From a virus (taxonomy: Duplodnaviria; Caudoviricetes): a stretch of DNA of 64,000 nt. Positions 9,275 through 19,444 of this stretch are shown here, piece by piece. Location: IMG/VR virus record IMGVR_UViG_3300008262_000001, one strand, 5' to 3'. The notes under the pieces are model-generated. The model was given only the letters and a program-made list of their open reading frames with translations. It was not told the origin of the DNA and ran no database searches. Each line of letters begins with the position of its first letter. Position 1 is the first letter of the stretch. The position numbers and the translations under genes were made by a program.

Positions 9275-10048
9275 TTAGAATTTCCACCAGGAATACTGGA
9301 CACCAATACCAATATTAATTACTGGACCAAATGCGGGTTCCCCCAAAACTTTGGCACCTAAACCAACTCCTAGATAAGGCCCAACACTCCATTTCTTTTC
9401 AGGAAACATATTTTTTAAAACATCAGATTTGTGAGGATCAACTATAGCACCTTCTATGTTTGTGATTTTCATATCGGGATATTTTGGAGTTACAAAGATT
9501 TCCAAAGACCCGTCTTTTTCTCTAAGTCCAGTAACGAAAGAAAATCCCATTTCATCCTCGTTTATTCTAGTCTTACCTGGAATTACGTTGTGTGAAGTTG
9601 AATCTATAGCAAAAAAACTATTCCCTGATAATTTTCTATAATTACCCTCTGAGAAAACAGTATCTAACTTGAAATCAAGACTGTAATTTCCATCCGCATA
9701 GACTGTTACAGTATTGTCTACATACTGCGTGTCAACTTTAACTACAGTCTCAACATCATGAATGGTTATGACATCACCTTCAACTTTTTTAAGCTCATCA
9801 TATAACTTCTTGTTTAACTCCTCAAGATTATTCTTGGTTGCTAAAAGTGTTTTTTTGACATACATGTCCTCACCAGCCTTGTTCTTCTGGACCCTTACTG
9901 TGTCTTGTAAAGCTGCTAGATTTTGATTTTGATAATCTATTTTGGCTTGGAGATCTCTGTTGCCATTGCATTGTTTGAGCAATAAAAGGATAATTATGAC
10001 AATAATTGTCAAGTAAAATAGATCCTTTCTTTTATTTTCGCTCTTCAT
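9275..10048 (-). CDS. Membrane-anchored coiled-coil protein, spanin-like
   Basis: Basic N-term, hydrophobic LFYLTIIVIIILLLL ending KQC, coiled-coil segments, C-terminal amphipathic strands ending GVQYSWWKF. Confidence 0.5.
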   Translation of the reverse strand: MKSENKRKDLFYLTIIVIIILLLLKQCNGNRDLQAKIDYQNQNLAALQDTVRVQKNKAGEDMYVKKTLLATKNNLEELNKKLYDELKKVEGDVITIHDVETVVKVDTQYVDNTVTVYADGNYSLDFKLDTVFSEGNYRKLSGNSFFAIDSTSHNVIPGKTRINEDEMGFSFVTGLREKDGSLEIFVTPKYPDMKITNIEGAIVDPHKSDVLKNMFPEKKWSVGPYLGVGLGAKVLGEPAFGPVINIGIGVQYSWWKF

Positions 10049-10062
10049 AGTTCAGTTTTTAT

Positions 10063-12993
10063 TCATGATACACGTCCAAACTCACATACCCTAAATGAGT
10101 AATTTCCAGTACCCTCCAATAATATGTAAAACTGACAATCCGCCGGAACAATTGCTGTCCATGAATTGCCACCGCCATTTGCTCTGCCTAGGATATAGAA
10201 ATTGGAAGCATCAATATCCTCTACATATATGTCTGTCGATGGAGACGTTCCGCTACTAGTCATTCCATAAATTATCACATCCCGTTGATAAGGACCAAGG
10301 TATGTTATCGAAGAAGTAGTGTTAGTAGTATATGATCCGCTACTAAAAGAAGATAGATATCTAACAGAACTAGGCATGCCAGTAACAGTACAATTAAAAC
10401 CGAGTGAATCTCTTATCATTTTGAGAGGTCCTGCTAATGTAATGTTTTGGTTATTAAACATAGACAGTCCACCACTACTGATGTACGTACTGTTTATTAT
10501 AGTTGTTGCACCTTTAGCCTGCTCAGAATATAAATAAATATCATTCGATCTTTGTCTAAACAGAGTATATCCTGTTGGACCCTCAGCCGTAGAATTGAAA
10601 GCTTGGTCTATATTAAATGAAATGCTCCCAGTTACATTTAAATCACCTCCAGTAACATTCACATCACCATTAGTAACATTTAAATTACCACCGGTTACAT
10701 TTACATCTCCATAAGCTAATATAGCATTGCTAATAGCAGCTGCTCCAGAAACTGCAAGTACAGCATCATTATCAATAGTAGTCCCTATGGCTACGTTTTC
10801 TCCAGTATCAGAGACATAGAATCCTGTAGCAGGACACGTTACTCGTTCATTATCCTCAGCTGCTGTGTATTTAGTAGCTCCAATTGCCAACGCAACGCTT
10901 TTGTTTTCGTTGCCCTTTCCAGGAACAGCAGCCTGACTTTTAAATGATGTAATTTCTAAACCATTCGGGTAGTTAAATGGATACGCTCCAGTTATTCCCT
11001 GCCAGTAAGCAGAAGATGGAGGTACATAAACGGAGTTTCCTAAATTTCTGTGAATCTTAAGCATAGAAATTGCTCCAAATTGACCTGTACTTGATTTAGC
11101 TCCCCCCAAAAGAGAAACTGGATCAGTAGTACCAATAGTTTGGACTCCTACTATTGATAAAGCATGGTTTGGCTCGTTCCATCCTCCGGATGTTCCTTGA
11201 AAAGAAATAAGCGAAAGACTAGGAAAAGTAGCAAAAGTACTTAAATTACCAGTAAGACCCTTAGGTTGAACCGAACCAGACATTGCACCAATAACAGTAG
11301 TTCCATACCAAGGATCCGGTGATTGTGGTCCAGGATAAGTTGCAATCGTTCTGTTACCAGAAAATCCCAGAGATATTCTGTTGCTGTCATATTGTCCAGT
11401 AGAATTAGCTTCTAAAATCAAACGCGGATTAGAATTCCTAGTTTGAATTGTTGTATTGTTAACAGAATTGGCGTTATTGTAAACGCCAGCATTCATGTTT
11501 GTTGTTATGGCAAAAACGTTCGCAGTTCCTGTTGTGTTTGAAGAATCTGTAATCTTATGTTGAAAACTTAAAAGAGGTCCTGCAGTAAAAGTGTGTCCGC
11601 TAGAAAAGAATTCCTGTGTAAAATCAGGACCAGTTCCAGAAACTCTTTGAGTGGAGGATGTGATAAAATTAAAATCTATTGTTCCGTCACCAATAACTGA
11701 TCTGCTGGTGAAAGTTGATCCCCCTAATGTTTTTATTTGTAAAGCTGGTCCATAATTAGGAGATGTGACCCAAAGTTGCGGATATAAACCAAGTAATTCA
11801 TTAGGCCCTGTTATATTAACAGAACCACCCTCGTATCCAGTAGGATTTAATCTGCCAAATCCTGCATGACCTTGGACATAAAAAGATCCTTTATTGTGAT
11901 TTAAAGGGAAATTCACGTTCCCCGTAAATAAAGCTGCATTGTGTTCAGAAACTGTTGTGGAAACACTTACATTACCAAGTACTGATAGTCTTCTACGATC
12001 ATCACCTGTGAGCTTAAATCCCCCCGTACCTATACCAAGTCCTAATCCAGTAGAGTTTACGTACAGGAAAGGATATGACTGGTTAGTCCCCCCATTATCA
12101 CTGACCTCGAAGAATCCATATGTTCCTGAGGAAGCATCTACTAAAGTTCCTTTGTTTGAAGATGCTGTGCTTAGAAGTACATTATCAGCAGATGAAACAG
12201 CAGAAATTTCAGCACTTGAACTTAAATTAATTCCACTATTTAGAACAGTACCCGGAGATTTTATTAAAATAGATCCTGTAGGATTTGTGAATTCTATATC
12301 CCAGTATCCCTTGGGTCCAGGAACTGAAGTTCTCCATTGGAAATATGGATTATAATTGCTATTTGAACTTGCAGATCCCCCTGGATCGACATCGAATTCT
12401 GCGTGACTAAAACTTATAAGTTTTGTTCTACTATCCTTAGTTGAAATTTTAAGTTTAGAATTCTCGAAATTTAAATTTTGTATAGGCGTTCCTGCAGGAG
12501 TATAGTCAGAAATAGTAGAATCCGATAAAACCACTGTTGAATCATTTGAAGCACCTGCTATCATTATAGCATTCTGTGTGCCTCCCCCTGCTATTGAGAT
12601 CGGAGCAAGATTCTGAAAAATATCCCCTGCTGCTAATCCAAATCCAGTATCTGCCCACCCGGTGGAAGTGTAAACATATATGTCTTGGTCAGAAGATGCT
12701 GGATCGAGCCAATAATCCCCTAATGTTGGGAAAAGGAAAGGATTAGAACCTGATATTGATCCAAGGGCTGGTGTGACATCTTGAACAAACCATTTGCTTC
12801 CAGATGGTCCTTGGAGGCCTTGAACCCCTTGCGGTCCCTGTGGTCCAACTGGACCAGTGGCTCCAGCAGATCCTTTTTGTCCCTGAGGGCCTCCACCTGC
12901 ACTTAGTATCTGATCAAAGTTGTAATTAATCTTATCAACTATGGTTGATTGATTATCGCCTTGTAATATATTTAATACGTTTATTTGGGGCAT
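10063..12993 (-). CDS. Tail fibre protein with short collagen segment
   Basis: N-term IVDKINYNF trimer/docking motif, 11 G-X-Y triplets, G/S/T-rich body, VNVTGGxLNVT repeats. Confidence 0.75.
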   Translation of the reverse strand: MPQINVLNILQGDNQSTIVDKINYNFDQILSAGGGPQGQKGSAGATGPVGPQGPQGVQGLQGPSGSKWFVQDVTPALGSISGSNPFLFPTLGDYWLDPASSDQDIYVYTSTGWADTGFGLAAGDIFQNLAPISIAGGGTQNAIMIAGASNDSTVVLSDSTISDYTPAGTPIQNLNFENSKLKISTKDSRTKLISFSHAEFDVDPGGSASSNSNYNPYFQWRTSVPGPKGYWDIEFTNPTGSILIKSPGTVLNSGINLSSSAEISAVSSADNVLLSTASSNKGTLVDASSGTYGFFEVSDNGGTNQSYPFLYVNSTGLGLGIGTGGFKLTGDDRRRLSVLGNVSVSTTVSEHNAALFTGNVNFPLNHNKGSFYVQGHAGFGRLNPTGYEGGSVNITGPNELLGLYPQLWVTSPNYGPALQIKTLGGSTFTSRSVIGDGTIDFNFITSSTQRVSGTGPDFTQEFFSSGHTFTAGPLLSFQHKITDSSNTTGTANVFAITTNMNAGVYNNANSVNNTTIQTRNSNPRLILEANSTGQYDSNRISLGFSGNRTIATYPGPQSPDPWYGTTVIGAMSGSVQPKGLTGNLSTFATFPSLSLISFQGTSGGWNEPNHALSIVGVQTIGTTDPVSLLGGAKSSTGQFGAISMLKIHRNLGNSVYVPPSSAYWQGITGAYPFNYPNGLEITSFKSQAAVPGKGNENKSVALAIGATKYTAAEDNERVTCPATGFYVSDTGENVAIGTTIDNDAVLAVSGAAAISNAILAYGDVNVTGGNLNVTNGDVNVTGGDLNVTGSISFNIDQAFNSTAEGPTGYTLFRQRSNDIYLYSEQAKGATTIINSTYISSGGLSMFNNQNITLAGPLKMIRDSLGFNCTVTGMPSSVRYLSSFSSGSYTTNTTSSITYLGPYQRDVIIYGMTSSGTSPSTDIYVEDIDASNFYILGRANGGGNSWTAIVPADCQFYILLEGTGNYSFRVCEFGRVS
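12793..12891 (-). repeat. Collagen-like Gly-X-Y repeat (11 triplets)
   Basis: GPQ GQK GSA GAT GPV GPQ GPQ GVQ GLQ GPS GSK. Confidence 0.9.
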
Positions 12994-13001
12994 CTTTTTA
13001 A

Positions 13002-13778
13002 TTATTTAAACCTTTCCTTGTAATTTTTTTCGTAATCCTTTAGCACCCAAGGATTGCTTGACAAAAAACTTTTCTCCCTCTCTGTTTTAGTTTTGAAAAC
13101 ATTAGAAATAGCTTTCTCAATTTCATCTTTTAAAGATGAATCGAAAGAACTTCCTCTGTATGGAGCGAAGTAATCTATGAATCCAAGTAGTTTAGCAGGG
13201 TGATCTGATTTTTTGGTTGAAATGCTAGGATCATTTAGATTTCTTGTTACCAAGAAAGATCCATATCCTTCTCTAGCTCCATCCACTGGATTGGTATTCC
13301 CTTCTAGCGAACTAAAATTTTTCTCCTGTGGATTAACTGAAAGAACGATTCCAGTGTGGCCTGAACCGGGATATTCACCCTTTTCATTTCTTGTGAGATA
13401 GAAAAAAGCCATCCCTGGCTTAATTAGGTTTGGATTTTTAAGAGCTTGTTCTGCTGTAATTTTTGCTCCTTTTGATTTTTCCCAGTGAATCCTAACTGAA
13501 GGAGTAACTGGAATTTTATTTTTCTCATAAGAACCTATCCCAGACTTACTAAACACATCATAAACGAAAGCTGCACACCAAGGGTTTCCAGGAGTTGTTC
13601 CAGCAGCTTTTTGCATTGCTTCAACTTCTTTCCCTTTATTGCTACCTCTCGGGGATTCCTCGGCCTTTTGTGAAATTTTCAAAGTGTCAACAAATGACTT
13701 GATTAGACCTTTAATAAATTCAACTGAGTAAGGTACACCTTCATTAAGAAAATCATAGTAATCTTTAATCTTCCTCAT
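13002..13778 (-). CDS. CHAP-domain peptidoglycan amidase/peptidase
   Basis: GNPWCAAFV (catalytic Cys), GHTGIV (His), EGNTN and REGYG motifs. Confidence 0.85.
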   Translation of the reverse strand: MRKIKDYYDFLNEGVPYSVEFIKGLIKSFVDTLKISQKAEESPRGSNKGKEVEAMQKAAGTTPGNPWCAAFVYDVFSKSGIGSYEKNKIPVTPSVRIHWEKSKGAKITAEQALKNPNLIKPGMAFFYLTRNEKGEYPGSGHTGIVLSVNPQEKNFSSLEGNTNPVDGAREGYGSFLVTRNLNDPSISTKKSDHPAKLLGFIDYFAPYRGSSFDSSLKDEIEKAISNVFKTKTEREKSFLSSNPWVLKDYEKNYKERFK

Positions 13779-13782
13779 GGTT

Positions 13783-13790
13783 TATATATC
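13783..13790 (-). promoter_or_regulatory. GATATATA motif
   Basis: 4 nt upstream of ATG 13778. Confidence 0.6.
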
Positions 13791-13806
13791 AAAAAATTTC
13801 ATCTCC

Positions 13807-16800
13807 TTATATTTTTGCTATCTGAATTGAGAATGCAATTGAGTAGTCAAAAGATGGATCTTTTGGTAATCTAAACTCATATCTGAGTTCATTGACTTTA
13901 GTGTATTTGACCTCTTGTGAGGGTAAATACCCATTTGAAAGTTTTTGATAATCTGCATAATCTCCAACTACAGAAACCAAATCAAGAGGATCTGCAAGAG
14001 GAATTTTCTTAAGATATGTTCCATTATTTTGCGATTGGAAGATAGGCACAATGTTCAATTCCATATATTCTATGAAATCGTCATTAATATCACTTTCAGT
14101 TCCGAATCCAAATTCTGGTACTATAAATTCTTGGAAAGTTTGCTTGGCACCGTCATTTAAGAAATACCTAATCAACATCCTGTCCATAAGAAGAATCCCT
14201 CTAATTTCTGTAGAGGTTTCTTCCCAAAGAATTTCATAATCTGGATAATTATCATAGTTTAATTCCAAAACATTAGTTAAAGAACTTGGATAGACAAGTT
14301 GCTTCTGGCTATTGATAGAATCAGGTGTTTGCATGACTTTACTTCCAAAGAAGGATTTCTCTTCAAGCATGCTTTTAGTACCTGGCAAACTTTCAAATGT
14401 TGTTGGATCCGTATATTGTCTATAGAACCCTGGATCCCATGAGCTTTCAAAGATTGATAAATTTCTCTTATCAATAGGGGTTTCCCCTATTAAATTGTAA
14501 ACTGGATCATAAGGAGAATCTATGCTAATTCTGAATATCCACTCAGTTGCGTATTTGTAATAATTTACATTTTTGGAAACTCCAAAATTATTTTTATTCG
14601 GGCCAAAACTGCAATAAGAATATTCTATAGCATCAACAAGATTGATTTTTTGTCCCATGTATTTTCCTCCTTGAGCAACGTAATAAACAGAGCTTGGAAA
14701 ATCATATGGCACTTCTAATTCAACGTAAGACCCCGATGATCCTGGTGTTCCTACAAGGGTATAACCTTGGGTCAAAGCATCAGTTGTTAATCCGTTTCCT
14801 CTGTTCGATGTTGAGAAGTAGATTTGATAACCAGTATTACTTGGATCACTTAGATCAAACTGATAAGTAACACCCTTAATAAGAGTAATTTTGTTTTCAA
14901 TGATTCCGTCGATCGAGTAACACAAGGTTGATCCTAGCTCATAATTTGACGAAGATTCAGGCTTCGTCACAACCTTTACATCAAAAGTGTAAACCGAAGG
15001 AATAGTCCAATATGGCAAATCAAATTTTACATTTTCAAAACCTAAAACTTCTCGGAAAGTTGGAATATATTCACCACTATATCTGTAAAGCTCACTTTCT
15101 CCTGGTATTTCATTCAGCACATATCCCACATTGAAAACGTCAAGTTCTTGTGGCTTATCTAGATCTTCTGTTGCTACCACTATTGAATTTTGTTCAAAAG
15201 CAGATGGCTTTAAAAATTCCACAACAAATTGGTTGTTTAAAACCTCTGTTGCTTTAGTAGTAGAATTCCAGATGTAAGTTTTGTACTCAATGTACGGGCT
15301 TTCTGTGTTTACCAACAAAGAGATATTAGCAAAAGATATTTTAGCAAGTATGTTTTCCCAGTATCCTATACCACCTTCTCTTTGGTAAATTGGTATGGCC
15401 AAAGCTTGGTCATAAGATACAATTGATGGAATATCAGTTGGTCCAGGTGCTCCAACATCTGCAAAGTCAAAGATGTAATCAGTTTGAGTGTTAGTGAAAT
15501 TGATGAATCCCTCACCAACTCCTGTTGGGAATGGTAAGGTGTATTGTCCAGAAGGACCTCCAGCAGTTGTTCCAATCACACCGTAGAATGAACCAGGTCC
15601 AGTTGAACTGGTTGGTCCAGGAACAGTACTTATTGGGTATGTGAAATTAATTTCTTCTCTTAAATCCGATTCATATTCTGGATTTGGTATGATATAAACA
15701 GTTCCATCATCTCCTGGAGTTCCTGAGTTAACTACAGATACAACACCCGCAGCATTTGCAGTTGAAGTTACGTTTAAAGCAGATGAAAGTTTAATATCAC
15801 CAACTGCAGGAAGTTCGATTGTTCCTCCTGGAAGCCAAGTAGGAGGTGAAGAAACCGGTCCTTCTTGTCTTTCCAATTTATCTTTCAATGAATAAAGAAG
15901 GAAATAATCCAAATCCAAGTATTGCTGTGGTGGACTAACTATTGTAGGCTCAAAATCATAAACTCTTACATCATCGATCAGTAATTCAATTACGAAGGTT
16001 ATATTTTTGAAAGTTCTGTTTTCAATTACCTTTATTTTAATAGGTGGTTGAATCTCATCCTCAATGTTTTCAACAGGAACAATGACACAAGAGAATTTAT
16101 ATTCATCATAAAATCTGTCATCAGTCAGATATTTGATTGATTCTTGTTGCCCGAAATTTGTAAAGGTTCTTTTAATTCTAACTTTTGCTCCCCTGAATAA
16201 TGTTTCAGAAAATCCATTAGCTGAATTGAAATCAAAAACACTGTATCTTTCTGATAGGTTTATATTTTCAATAGTTGTGCTATCAACATAATATTGTAGA
16301 AGATCTTCACCCTCTATTGAAAAATAGTCCAAGAAATAATCTCTAAGAGAAGGATTAGCATTTATAAGTTTAGCTTGATCTAATTCATCTGCTAAATAGT
16401 TTTTATCTTCTTTAAGAGTTTCCTCAGGTATTGAATATGGAGGTTTCTGAAGTTGGTACCACTCATGAGTAAAGTATTGTGGGTCCTGTGAATTTCTAAA
16501 AAAGCTAGGAGAGAAGTTCAGAGGGCTAAAAGCAATATTTGCATTTAAGCTGTAAGGATTTCCTCTAACATCTGTTCCTCTCTTGTAAGACCACTTTGTA
16601 ATATACGGACTAACTCTACTGATAGTTGCAAAATCTGGATTATAGTTATCCTGAGTGTAATCATATTCGGAGGACAATTTTCCAAAGTTTAATTGGGCTA
16701 ACTTTGTTTGTGATCCAACTTCATCATTCACAAATTTAAGAGCTTGAACTCCGTAAAATCCAGGAAAAGCATCCAAGTCTGGATAATATGCAGTATCAAA

Positions 16801-19428
16801 GTTGGAACCTGTAATTCCACTTGTAACGTTTCCTCTTGAGGAAATCGTGGGATAAATGTTGGCCTCTGCACCAGTAGAAGATGTTACCAGTGTGTAAGCT
16901 GTTTCGTCTACGACCCCCTCAAAGAAATCTGGTCCTGTAATGTTGTTTCCGTCATACGTGATAACTGCTCCAGACGATACAAAATAAGTCTTACCATTAA
17001 CTATTTGTGTTTCTCCTTCCGGTTGCACATCTAAATACTTGTAGTACTCCTTAGTTGGTGTATATCCATATTGACTTTGCCAGAAGTCCATATCAAGTTC
17101 TCTAAGACCGTAGAATGAAAAGATTCCAAGTGGAATTCTATATGGGTTAAAAGTGGAAATTCTGTTAATAGATCCAAGAGATACTTTTGAAGTAAAATCT
17201 TCAACTTCAATAGTAGCATGTGTTTCAAAATCTTTTAAACCTAAAATTTCACCTCCAGAATCTTTAGCATACTGGTCAACAAATCTGAACTTGCCGACAA
17301 CTACTGAAGCTCCCTTGTTTGAATATTCTGGAAATCCTTTATACGTATCAGTTGAAGTGTTCTTAACTGTATCTAGGAAAGTTGTTCCTACCTCTATTTT
17401 GTTGGCATCTTCAAGCAGTACTTTAACCCTTGTATTTGAATAGTTAGATCCTCCTACAAAAGATTGCTTTTGATTTATATCGCAAGCATCAATATCATTA
17501 ATGAATAATATTCCTCTTCTAGAATCCGGCATTCTAGTTTGTGTGGAAAAATTCTGGAAGAAATCCAGATAATACTTATTATTTTCTTGAGCACCTGTTG
17601 CTCTTGTCCTGATTACGAGTTCGTCACCAGATTGGAAAGCTTCAAATGAATTGTAGGTGAAAGAATTAAAAATTCCGGTTAAGGCACTAATAATATCTTC
17701 TGGCGTTCCGAATGGATGAAAATAATAAGCGTTGTCCTGTGCATAATAGCTTCCTGGTCCCCATTCATCAATAACAGAGGACATATCAGAAGCACTAATA
17801 ATGTCGTATTTTGCACCAGGGGTTCCATAAAATCCTAAAGGATTATAGAATATAAAACTATCTTGATTAGTGTTGGTAAGCTCATCGGTTAATCTAATTA
17901 CCTGATAAGCTCTTCCCTTCTCACCAGTCGAAGTTGCTCCGTATTGCTTTTTTGTCGTGACATCACTTCCGGTCAGAACTGAAAGGTCCAATGAGATATT
18001 CTGAAGAACTAATTGATTTTCAGATCCCGAAAGACCGTATCTATATTTTTCTAATCCAGGTGAAGTATCATAGGTATCAGATCTCTTTAGAGATAAGAAA
18101 TCTCCATTTTTGTCCTGAATCCAGAAAACCTTATTAAATTCATTGACATTAACATCCGTTGAATCTGGAATTATTCCCTCTATTTTTTCTGAATCAATGA
18201 AAATTCTAACACCATCATTATTGTATTGGTAATAAGGAAAATCTTGGTAATAATACCCTTTGTCATTTCTTTGAGGAACAGGAGTGTTTCCAGATTGTCC
18301 TTGATCAAGATATAGAGCATTTCCGTCCAACTGGAATGAAGCCATTTCTGCTGCATTCACATAAAGTCCAAAATATCTATTAATTGTGTAGTTTTCAGAA
18401 TCTTTGTCATCGAATAAAAATTCAAGATTAAGCAGTTTATAACTAATAATCCCATTTCTTCTGAATCCATCTGTCATAGATTCTTCGAATCCTATCTGTG
18501 AACTGGGATCTGAAAAGAAATCTAATAAATAATCCCCTTTCTTATCAAAGACACCAACTGAATAGTTAACACCATTATAGGTTGTAAGCTGATTCTCTTC
18601 AAATCTAACGTCTATAAGGGAATCAGTAAAACCTGGCGTTTGTTTAATTTTTCTAAGATATTTTCCTATCTTAGAAGATTCTCCCATATCATAAGTTGCA
18701 ACAACTGTGGATTTAGGAAGAATTTTTTCTGTAAAGTGTGATGCAGTGTTCTCAACATTATTAAGATTGTACAAGGGATCAAGAAGAATAACACTTCCTT
18801 GTCCTTGCAGTACAGTAAAAAATGGACTAATCTGTCCAGTTAAAATGTTTCCATCAGTATAATTCTGTCCAAGATATTGAACAATGAAAGGCAAGTAACC
18901 TGGAGAGTCCACATCTACTGATGGATCTTCAAGAATTTTATAATTTTTACCAGCTTCTAAAGCAGAAACTGGAACCTGATATGGATAATCAATAGGATCA
19001 TTAACTTTGAAAATAACAAAGTAATCGGGAATATCTTCGCCAAGCCAAAAAGGAGCTAAATATGAGAAATCCTCAGGATAACGATCAGAAACTAATGGAG
19101 TAACACCTGCACTGTATGTGAAATTATATTGGCCAGAAAGGTTTTCGATCTGGTTTTGTACAGGGGTTCCTTCACCGGAAAGTCCAAAAACAAATTGCGA
19201 AGGCGTTTGTCCGTTATCAAAGAATGTGTAAAGATCACGATCAAACGATGACTCGGGAGAAATTCTAAAAGCTTTATATGCTCGATTAGACATTTCCGCA
19301 TTAGAATCTATAGAATTAAGCCAAATATCATCTTTTGAATCAACAGTGATTTTAACATTACCACTGATTCTTGGGTTAGCTCTTAAAACTCCAAAAGAAG
19401 CCGTCTGTTTGATTATTTTCCTTGCCAC
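13807..19428 (-). CDS. Large putative virion structural protein (1873 aa)
   Basis: Uninterrupted ORF in the structural operon; contains a small FST...GTPGSSGSYV...P..VYY...MG module seen in phage structural proteins. Confidence 0.6.
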   Translation of the reverse strand: MARKIIKQTASFGVLRANPRISGNVKITVDSKDDIWLNSIDSNAEMSNRAYKAFRISPESSFDRDLYTFFDNGQTPSQFVFGLSGEGTPVQNQIENLSGQYNFTYSAGVTPLVSDRYPEDFSYLAPFWLGEDIPDYFVIFKVNDPIDYPYQVPVSALEAGKNYKILEDPSVDVDSPGYLPFIVQYLGQNYTDGNILTGQISPFFTVLQGQGSVILLDPLYNLNNVENTASHFTEKILPKSTVVATYDMGESSKIGKYLRKIKQTPGFTDSLIDVRFEENQLTTYNGVNYSVGVFDKKGDYLLDFFSDPSSQIGFEESMTDGFRRNGIISYKLLNLEFLFDDKDSENYTINRYFGLYVNAAEMASFQLDGNALYLDQGQSGNTPVPQRNDKGYYYQDFPYYQYNNDGVRIFIDSEKIEGIIPDSTDVNVNEFNKVFWIQDKNGDFLSLKRSDTYDTSPGLEKYRYGLSGSENQLVLQNISLDLSVLTGSDVTTKKQYGATSTGEKGRAYQVIRLTDELTNTNQDSFIFYNPLGFYGTPGAKYDIISASDMSSVIDEWGPGSYYAQDNAYYFHPFGTPEDIISALTGIFNSFTYNSFEAFQSGDELVIRTRATGAQENNKYYLDFFQNFSTQTRMPDSRRGILFINDIDACDINQKQSFVGGSNYSNTRVKVLLEDANKIEVGTTFLDTVKNTSTDTYKGFPEYSNKGASVVVGKFRFVDQYAKDSGGEILGLKDFETHATIEVEDFTSKVSLGSINRISTFNPYRIPLGIFSFYGLRELDMDFWQSQYGYTPTKEYYKYLDVQPEGETQIVNGKTYFVSSGAVITYDGNNITGPDFFEGVVDETAYTLVTSSTGAEANIYPTISSRGNVTSGITGSNFDTAYYPDLDAFPGFYGVQALKFVNDEVGSQTKLAQLNFGKLSSEYDYTQDNYNPDFATISRVSPYITKWSYKRGTDVRGNPYSLNANIAFSPLNFSPSFFRNSQDPQYFTHEWYQLQKPPYSIPEETLKEDKNYLADELDQAKLINANPSLRDYFLDYFSIEGEDLLQYYVDSTTIENINLSERYSVFDFNSANGFSETLFRGAKVRIKRTFTNFGQQESIKYLTDDRFYDEYKFSCVIVPVENIEDEIQPPIKIKVIENRTFKNITFVIELLIDDVRVYDFEPTIVSPPQQYLDLDYFLLYSLKDKLERQEGPVSSPPTWLPGGTIELPAVGDIKLSSALNVTSTANAAGVVSVVNSGTPGDDGTVYIIPNPEYESDLREEINFTYPISTVPGPTSSTGPGSFYGVIGTTAGGPSGQYTLPFPTGVGEGFINFTNTQTDYIFDFADVGAPGPTDIPSIVSYDQALAIPIYQREGGIGYWENILAKISFANISLLVNTESPYIEYKTYIWNSTTKATEVLNNQFVVEFLKPSAFEQNSIVVATEDLDKPQELDVFNVGYVLNEIPGESELYRYSGEYIPTFREVLGFENVKFDLPYWTIPSVYTFDVKVVTKPESSSNYELGSTLCYSIDGIIENKITLIKGVTYQFDLSDPSNTGYQIYFSTSNRGNGLTTDALTQGYTLVGTPGSSGSYVELEVPYDFPSSVYYVAQGGKYMGQKINLVDAIEYSYCSFGPNKNNFGVSKNVNYYKYATEWIFRISIDSPYDPVYNLIGETPIDKRNLSIFESSWDPGFYRQYTDPTTFESLPGTKSMLEEKSFFGSKVMQTPDSINSQKQLVYPSSLTNVLELNYDNYPDYEILWEETSTEIRGILLMDRMLIRYFLNDGAKQTFQEFIVPEFGFGTESDINDDFIEYMELNIVPIFQSQNNGTYLKKIPLADPLDLVSVVGDYADYQKLSNGYLPSQEVKYTKVNELRYEFRLPKDPSFDYSIAFSIQIAKI

Positions 19429-19444
19429 AATCTGTAACTAGTTA

